A stretch of DNA of 64,000 nt, taken from contig CAZELY010000001.1 of assembly GCA_964513345.1 (NCBI GenBank), positions 73,980-137,979 of the forward strand. Direction: 5' to 3'. The DNA comes from an uncultured Muribaculaceae bacterium (GTDB taxonomy: Bacteria > Bacillota_I > Bacilli_A > RF39 > UBA660). Below the pieces are notes generated by a model. It worked only from the letters and a program-made list of their open reading frames with translations, ran no database searches and had not been told where the DNA came from. Positions 58,417 to 64,000 of this stretch are shown here, one piece after another (the first letter of the stretch is position 1; the number at the start of each line of letters is the position of its first letter). The position numbers and the translations under genes were made by a program.

Positions 58417-58760
58417 AAATTGTCACTCCTCCTTACCATGATTATATTTATTTTTTATCATTTCTTTTAGTTCCTCTATACAATTTCGTATTTCCCAACA
58501 TCCTAACTTACGTAAAGTATATAACAAAAAATGCTAAAACACAAGCAAGCTAAAAACTAATTTACATCTATCAATCAAACCTCTATATTTTTTTATAACA
58601 AAAAACCAATCATGCGATTGATTTTATATATAAGTTCGAGAAGTTCGAACAGATTTCTAAGTGGTGCCGCAACGGTGAATTGAACACCGATTAAAGCCTT
58701 ACCATGGCCTCGTAATACCTTTATACTATTGCGGCATGATTTAATTATAAATAATAATAT

Positions 58761-58788
58761 TTAAAAAGTCAATTAAAAGTGTTATAAT
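58761..58788 (+). promoter_or_regulatory. Promoter of tRNA-Pro (extended -10)
   Basis: TTTAAA (a weak -35), a 17-nt spacer, then TGtTATAAT at 58780-58788, ending 8 nt before the tRNA 5' end. Confidence 0.55.
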
Positions 58789-58795
58789 GTTTGTA

Positions 58796-58872
58796 CGGGA
58801 AATAGCTTAGTTTGGTAAAGCGCTACGTTCGGGACGTAGAGACCGCAGGTTCGAATCCTGTTTTCCCGACCA
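58796..58872 (+). tRNA. tRNA-Pro (anticodon CGG), CCA encoded
   Basis: Hand-folded cloverleaf. Acceptor CGGGAAA/TTTCCCG, D-arm GCTT...AAGC, anticodon stem CTACG/CGTAG with loop TTCGGGA, T-arm GCAGG TTCGAAT CCTGT, discriminator A, then CCA. Confidence 0.85.
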
Positions 58873-58893
58873 TTTTTATTTGGGGATGATTAT

Positions 58894-59478
58894 ATGACAA
58901 AATTTATATTAGTAAGGCATGGTAAGCCAACATATGAAAAATTACTTTTAGAAGGCTATCGCGGAAAAGAATTTTCCTGGGCGCCGTTATCTGAAGAAGG
59001 CATTTTAGAAATAGAAAAACTAGCTCAAAATCAAATATTTGAAAATAGTGATTTATTAGTTTCATCTCCTTATACAAGAACTATGCAAACAGCAAGTATA
59101 ATTGGTCAAAAATATAATTTACAAATAAACCCAAATGTTTTATTGCACGAATGGATTCCCGATAATAGTAGTAACTACACCACAAAAGAAGAACTTGTTA
59201 AAAATGTAAGGCACGCTAGAAGTGAATTTGCTGCGCATAGTGATGATGAAAATTATATATATGATCCACGTTTTGAATCATTAATTCACGTTAGAAATAG
59301 AGCTTTAGAAGCATTAGAAGAATACTATGAACATGATAAAGTAATTGTCGTTGCCCATAGTGTATTAATTAGTATGTTATTCCCTTATCCTGTTAGATTA
59401 AAAACCGGTGAATATATTGAAACAACTAGTGAAGAATTAGATAAAAATTTTAAGCAAAAAACATTAAAAAAGATGTAA
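58894..59478 (+). CDS. Histidine phosphatase family protein (phosphoglycerate-mutase-like)
   Basis: LVRHGKPT (RHG motif) and a distal VVAHSVLI. Confidence 0.7.
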   Translation: MTKFILVRHGKPTYEKLLLEGYRGKEFSWAPLSEEGILEIEKLAQNQIFENSDLLVSSPYTRTMQTASIIGQKYNLQINPNVLLHEWIPDNSSNYTTKEELVKNVRHARSEFAAHSDDENYIYDPRFESLIHVRNRALEALEEYYEHDKVIVVAHSVLISMLFPYPVRLKTGEYIETTSEELDKNFKQKTLKKM

Positions 59479-59490
59479 AAACATCTTTTT

Positions 59491-60891
59491 TCATTTATAT
59501 AATTCTACTTTTTTATTAATTATATTTTCAAACTCTTTTTGAATTTCATCTAATCTTTCTTTAGTTTTAGCCTCAAACCGAATAGTTAAATCAGGTCCAG
59601 TATTACTACATCTAATTAAAGCCCATCCATCGGCAAACTCTACTCTTACACCATCGATATCATTGTATTCATAACTTTTTTCTTTAACGTATTCTTTAAC
59701 ACCATCAACAATTTTAAATTTGCTTTCTTCAGTGACTTTAACTTTCAACTCTTCGGTCGAAAAGTATTTATTGGTATTATCTAAAAGATTACTGAACTTT
59801 TTATCAAACCTTGACATAATTTCGATTAATCTCAATCCCGCATAAATACCATCATCAAATCCAGGATAACGGTCTCGGAAAAATAGATGACCGGCATATT
59901 CACCACCAAAATCATATCCAGAACTTGGGTCATTTAAATCCCCCTGCATCACTAAATTGCAATATGAAGCTCCGGTTCTATTCATATCTGGTTTTATATT
60001 TAATCTTTTAAGCTCGTCAATTAATGTACGAGAGCACTTAACATCGAATAGTGCTTTTTTATTTTTCATAGTTTTTTCAATATCACGATATACTATTAAC
60101 ATTATTAAATCAGCTGAAATGAAATTGCCATTTTCATCAGTTACTCCCACTCTATCAGCGTCACCATCAATACCGATTCCAAAATCATAATTTAATTCTT
60201 TAACTTTTTTACCTAAGTCAACCATGTTAGCAGCAACAGCCGGATCAGGAACATGATTTGGAAAATTAGGATTACTTTCACAATACAAAAGTTCATATTC
60301 AATATCAAACATATCTAAAATATCTTTGATAATTATACTTCCAGTTCCATTACCACAATCAACGACAACTTTTACTTTTCTATTATTAAGATCGATGCTA
60401 TTTTTAATATTTTGCAGGTAATATTCTTTAATATCTTTTTTAATAACTTTTCCATTACCCTTTTTAAAATTTAATTTATAAGTGTATTCTTTAAAATCTT
60501 GGATTAATTTTCCATAAGCATTACCAATTTTCGAAAATGATATTTTAAAACCATTATATTCCTTAGGGTTATGACTTGCTGTCACCATCACACCAGTATA
60601 TGTATTATAAAATAATTTAGCAAAATAAAACATTGGTGTTGTTATTAAACCTAGGTCAATGACATCAACTCCACTTTCAGTTAAACCTTTTGTCAAAGCT
60701 TTAAATATTCTAGGCGAACTTAATCTGTTATCATGCCCAATTACGACCTCATTGTTTCCGTTTTCTTGAATGTAACTGCCATAGCTCATGCCAATTGTAT
60801 AAGCAACATCATCACTAATGTCAGTCTCAGCAATCGCTCTTAAATCATATTCGCGAAACATACTTGGATTTATATTTTTTGTTAATTTCAT
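59491..60891 (-). CDS. Phosphomannomutase/phosphoglucomutase (alpha-D-phosphohexomutase family)
   Basis: Active-site TASHNPKEYNGFK, metal loop GIGIDGDADR, and the 4-domain layout. Length 466 aa. Confidence 0.8.
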   Translation of the reverse strand: MKLTKNINPSMFREYDLRAIAETDISDDVAYTIGMSYGSYIQENGNNEVVIGHDNRLSSPRIFKALTKGLTESGVDVIDLGLITTPMFYFAKLFYNTYTGVMVTASHNPKEYNGFKISFSKIGNAYGKLIQDFKEYTYKLNFKKGNGKVIKKDIKEYYLQNIKNSIDLNNRKVKVVVDCGNGTGSIIIKDILDMFDIEYELLYCESNPNFPNHVPDPAVAANMVDLGKKVKELNYDFGIGIDGDADRVGVTDENGNFISADLIMLIVYRDIEKTMKNKKALFDVKCSRTLIDELKRLNIKPDMNRTGASYCNLVMQGDLNDPSSGYDFGGEYAGHLFFRDRYPGFDDGIYAGLRLIEIMSRFDKKFSNLLDNTNKYFSTEELKVKVTEESKFKIVDGVKEYVKEKSYEYNDIDGVRVEFADGWALIRCSNTGPDLTIRFEAKTKERLDEIQKEFENIINKKVELYK

Positions 60892-60989
60892 ATTATCACC
60901 TACTATTATTATATATTAAATATAAATTCCTCGCAATTTTAATTTGAGCCTGTTTTACATAACTTTAACACTATTTAATATAATATAGT

Positions 60990-62027
60990 ATGAAAAAAAT
61001 TTTGTTTTTACTCGTAATATTAACTATAATATCCGTTGCTATCTTTTTTATCAAAGATAGTAAAAAAGAAAGTGTTTTGTTACTAGAATTAAAAGGCAAA
61101 AAAATAATTACCATAAACATTAACGAAAAATTTTTTGACCCTGGTTTTAAGGCATTTGATACCATTGATGGTGATCTTACCAATAAAGTTAAAATAATTA
61201 ACAATATCAATACATCTAAAGAAGGAAATTATCAAATCACATATAAAGTTAAAAACTCAAAAGGAATTTCTAAAGAGGCATATCGCTTCGTTAAAGTAAA
61301 ATCGCTTCCATATTATAAAGAAGAATATAATAATCTCGATAATACTACTAGAAGTTGGTGGGCTACTAATAAGAAAAACAAAACGCGACCTACCGGTGGT
61401 GCCGATATAAATGAGCTAAAAAAATATAATGCTTATTATTTAGGACCAGACGAAAAAATAATCTACTTAACTTTTGATGAGGGCGCACTAGAAACTTATA
61501 TTAAAGAAATTGTCGAAGTTCTTGATAAAAACAACGCAAAAGCCACTTTCTTTTTATGCTATAAATATATGATAGAAAACAAAGAATTAATTAAAAATAT
61601 GGTATCGAGTGGCCACACTATTGGTAATCACACAGTAAATCATTTAAATATGCCTTCCCTGGCTACAAAAGAAAAATTTAATGAGTATTTATATGAAATA
61701 CAAAAGGTGGAGCAAGGTTATAAGGAAATCACTGGCAAAAACATGGAAAAAATATATCGTTCGCCTCGCGGTGAATGGAGCATACGTGACTTGCAAATTA
61801 TGAAAGATCTGGGTTATAAAACATACTTTTATAGTGCTTATTACTTAGATTTTGAAAATGATGTTAGCAAAGAATATGCCTTAAATGAACTTTTAATTAG
61901 ATATCATAATGGAGCCATATATTTACTGCATCCTAAAAACAAAGGAAATTTAGAGGCCTTAGACTCATTTATAAAAATTATGAAAAATAATGGTTACAAG
62001 TTTGATTTAGTAAAAAACATCCCTTAG
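60990..62027 (+). CDS. Polysaccharide deacetylase (NodB domain, PdaA-like) with an N-terminal TM and an Ig-like/DUF5011-like domain
   Basis: Ig-like block DGDLTNKVKI...GNYQITYKVKN, then NodB IIYLTFDEG...KATFFL...HTIGNHTVNH. Confidence 0.75.
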   Translation: MKKILFLLVILTIISVAIFFIKDSKKESVLLLELKGKKIITININEKFFDPGFKAFDTIDGDLTNKVKIINNINTSKEGNYQITYKVKNSKGISKEAYRFVKVKSLPYYKEEYNNLDNTTRSWWATNKKNKTRPTGGADINELKKYNAYYLGPDEKIIYLTFDEGALETYIKEIVEVLDKNNAKATFFLCYKYMIENKELIKNMVSSGHTIGNHTVNHLNMPSLATKEKFNEYLYEIQKVEQGYKEITGKNMEKIYRSPRGEWSIRDLQIMKDLGYKTYFYSAYYLDFENDVSKEYALNELLIRYHNGAIYLLHPKNKGNLEALDSFIKIMKNNGYKFDLVKNIP

Positions 62028-62033
62028 GATGTT

Positions 62034-63248
62034 TTATTGTGGTAACTTTAAAACTTGGCCAATTGAAAGCAAATTACTAGTTAAACCATTAAGTCTTTTT
62101 AATGTGTCAACAGTTGTTCCATACTTCCTGGCAATTGACCATAGGCTATCACCTGATTTGACGGTATATGTATTAGCAACAGGTATATTATTTGGAACTA
62201 AAAGAACTTGACCGATGCTTAAATTATCAGTTTTTAAATTATTTAACGACTTTAAATTCGTAACAGTTGTGCCATAACTATTAGCTATTTTCCATAAACT
62301 ATCGCCCTTTTTAACGGTATAAGTGCTTCCTGTTGGTGTAACACCCGATTCACTGCTTGGGACTCTTAAAACCTGCCCTATGCTTAAATTATCACTTGTT
62401 AAATTATTTAGTTTCTTTAATTCATTTACTGTTATTCCATATTTTTTTGAGATATTCCAAAGGCTGTCACCAGCTTTAACAGTATATGCATTTTCTTCAA
62501 CAGCCACCGTTTCGGTTGGAACTTTTAACACTTGGCCAATACTTAAGTTGTTTGATGTCAAATTGTTTAAAGCTTTTAATTCATTTACCGTAGTAGCATA
62601 CTTATTAGCAATCGCCCATAAACTATCGCCTGATCTTACAACATAAGTTCCTTCTTGTGGTTTCGCAGTAATAGTCTCACCATTTTTCGTCGCGATAACC
62701 GCATCGACAACCGCATTCACGTATTTTTGATAATTAGTTTGAATCCTATTTAAATCAGTTGGATTATCAATAAACCCATATTCAACAATAACCGGTTCCG
62801 TATTACCCGTATTACGATGAATAAAATAATAGTCTTTTGAAGTATCACTAGGCAAACGTCTTTGATAACTTTTTCTAACAACTTGCCCAGCATTATTTAA
62901 AGAATTTAAGATATTATCAGCAAGACGATTAGTATTTCTTAATGCATAAATTACTTCTGCTCCTTCAGCTCCCTGATAACCGCTTCCAGCGGCATTTATA
63001 TGGTTAGATATAACTATAACATTGGGATTATTACCATAAGCGGCAAGTATTCTATTAACTCTGTCAGTTGGAGATATGGTCTCATCAGTACTCCTAATTA
63101 AAGTAACCGGAATTCTTCTTCTTTGGAATTCTTGATACATCGCCTGAGCTATTTTTAAAGTTAAATCCTTTTCTCTAACACCTGTTGAACTCACAGCCCC
63201 ACTATCGGTTCCACCATGCCCAGCATCTATTACAACTTGATAATTCAT
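62034..63248 (-). CDS. N-acetylmuramoyl-L-alanine amidase (Amidase_3) with four C-terminal LysM repeats
   Basis: N-terminal VIDAGHGGTDSGA...NHINAA, and four repeats of about 44 aa of the form YTVKxGDSLWxIAxKYGTTV..LKxLNNLTSxNLSIGQVLxVP. Confidence 0.85.
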   Translation of the reverse strand: MNYQVVIDAGHGGTDSGAVSSTGVREKDLTLKIAQAMYQEFQRRRIPVTLIRSTDETISPTDRVNRILAAYGNNPNVIVISNHINAAGSGYQGAEGAEVIYALRNTNRLADNILNSLNNAGQVVRKSYQRRLPSDTSKDYYFIHRNTGNTEPVIVEYGFIDNPTDLNRIQTNYQKYVNAVVDAVIATKNGETITAKPQEGTYVVRSGDSLWAIANKYATTVNELKALNNLTSNNLSIGQVLKVPTETVAVEENAYTVKAGDSLWNISKKYGITVNELKKLNNLTSDNLSIGQVLRVPSSESGVTPTGSTYTVKKGDSLWKIANSYGTTVTNLKSLNNLKTDNLSIGQVLLVPNNIPVANTYTVKSGDSLWSIARKYGTTVDTLKRLNGLTSNLLSIGQVLKLPQ

Positions 63249-63269
63249 TTTATCCCTCCTAAATTAATA

Positions 63270-63300
63270 TATGTAATTTAGGATGTTTGGCTAATAAAAA
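63270..63300 (-). terminator. Terminator hairpin downstream of the kinase-like gene
   Basis: AACACC gtata GGTGTT followed on the - strand by a T-rich run. Confidence 0.5.
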
Positions 63301-63319
63301 ACACCTATACGGTGTTTGG

Positions 63320-64000
63320 TTATTCAAAAATCGACACTTTTTTGATAATCTCTTTTATTATATTTACATCCTTTTGATAATTAAGGATTTGATCAGTCAT
63401 ATGATTGGCATTATTATCTTTTTTATCAATTAAATAATTTAACCATTGTATTTTACCATTCCAGCATCCATAAATTGCCTCTTCAATATTTGCAGGTACT
63501 TTTTTATATTCTTCGATATATGCCTTTAAATATTCTTCATAATAAGTAAAATCTAGTTCATGATTTTTATATGAAAAAGTATAAGCACTTTCTAAAAGTG
63601 AAACTGCTGGGTAATTGTTGTTCACTGCATCAAAATCAACCAGTAATGGTTTATTGTTTCGCCAAATAATATTTAACGTCTTATAATCATTTTGACATAC
63701 GCAAAGATTTTTCTTAAATAGTGATGCGTAACTATTAATAGTATTAATTATATAAGCAAGTTTTTCCTCTTTAATTTCTAATTTTTTATAGTGCGACGGT
63801 AAAAAAGAATTAATGTTCATTTTATGAATTTTTGCTTGAGTTTTAGCGAGTATTTTAATGTGTTCAATTGTCAATTCATCGTTGTTTAAAACTTTGCCAT
63901 CATTAAATGGATATATTACATAATAATTATCGTGATGCCAAAAAATATCCGTCAGTGGTATCGAACAATCAATACCATTTTCATTCCATATTTTACTAAT
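63320..64000 (-). CDS. Aminoglycoside/choline-kinase-fold phosphotransferase (CotS/APH-like), 5' end beyond the window
   Basis: The frame stays open through position 64000 (ISKIWNENGIDC...). The catalytic region LCVCQNDYKTLNIIWRNNKPLLVDFDAV resembles the HGD...N / DFD(W)E motifs of APH-fold kinases. Confidence 0.55.
   Translation of the reverse strand: MSKIWNENGIDCSIPLTDIFWHHDNYYVIYPFNDGKVLNNDELTIEHIKILAKTQAKIHKMNINSFLPSHYKKLEIKEEKLAYIINTINSYASLFKKNLCVCQNDYKTLNIIWRNNKPLLVDFDAVNNNYPAVSLLESAYTFSYKNHELDFTYYEEYLKAYIEEYKKVPANIEEAIYGCWNGKIQWLNYLIDKKDNNANHMTDQILNYQKDVNIIKEIIKKVSIFE

Noticed and set aside
58630-58660. GTTCGAgaaGTTCGAAC as a tRNA T-arm of a second tRNA
   Set aside because: No matching acceptor stem, D-arm or anticodon arm could be folded around it. 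It is possibly a decayed tRNA fragment, so it is kept only as part of the candidate structured-RNA finding.
62029-62646. + strand ORFs 62029-62211 and 62323-62646 opposite the LysM amidase
   Set aside because: They are antisense to a strongly supported Amidase_3-LysM gene. The repetitive LysM DNA creates long open antisense frames.
1-64000. CRISPR arrays, IS elements or transposases, integrases other than xerD, prophage genes, rRNA operons, riboswitches upstream of biosynthetic genes
   Set aside because: I scanned both strands for regularly spaced direct repeats, DDE or serine-recombinase motifs and phage structural genes, and found none. The only tandem repeat is the 15-bp coding repeat at 55107-55155. 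The only tRNA is tRNA-Pro.

Overview
This is a strongly AT-rich Firmicutes-type chromosomal segment that uses the standard genetic code (UGA is a stop), so it is not Mycoplasma; an Erysipelotrichia- or Bacilli-like low-GC genome is my guess. The window appears to span the replication terminus. A dif-like Xer recombination site lies at 10875-10902, directly beside a xerD-like gene. Gene orientation flips at that point: genes are almost all on the + strand to the left of dif and almost all on the - strand to the right.

Four blocks of content can be supported from the sequence:
- Left arm: a teichoic-acid/envelope cluster (GT2 enzymes, a GtrA-like flippase helper, a GT-C membrane glycosyltransferase, two LtaS-family paralogs) and mnmA.
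- Right arm: housekeeping genes (rarA, holA, uppP, queH, ydbS/ydbT-like, trmK-sigA-dnaG, comEA-comEC, rodA/ftsW, def, smc, murC, xfp, mutS, tRNA-Pro) and a prepilin peptidase with an orphan PilC-like platform protein.
- A complete Tad/type-IVc-like pilus operon (two TadE-like pseudopilins, CpaE/TadZ, CpaF/TadA, TadB, TadC). Its TadB carries an unusual N-terminal Ig-like (DUF5011-like) ectodomain, and no Flp pilin ORF is evident.
- A block of poorly characterised enzymes: an Lnu/ANT(2'')-like nucleotidyltransferase, an HExxH protein, a PHP phosphoesterase, a GNAT acetyltransferase and a histidine phosphatase.

Sporulation-family signatures (SpoIIM-like, YjcZ-like, PdaA-like, CotS-like) are also present. 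No CRISPR array, IS element or prophage genes were seen. All functional calls rest on motif and architecture recognition by eye, with no database search.
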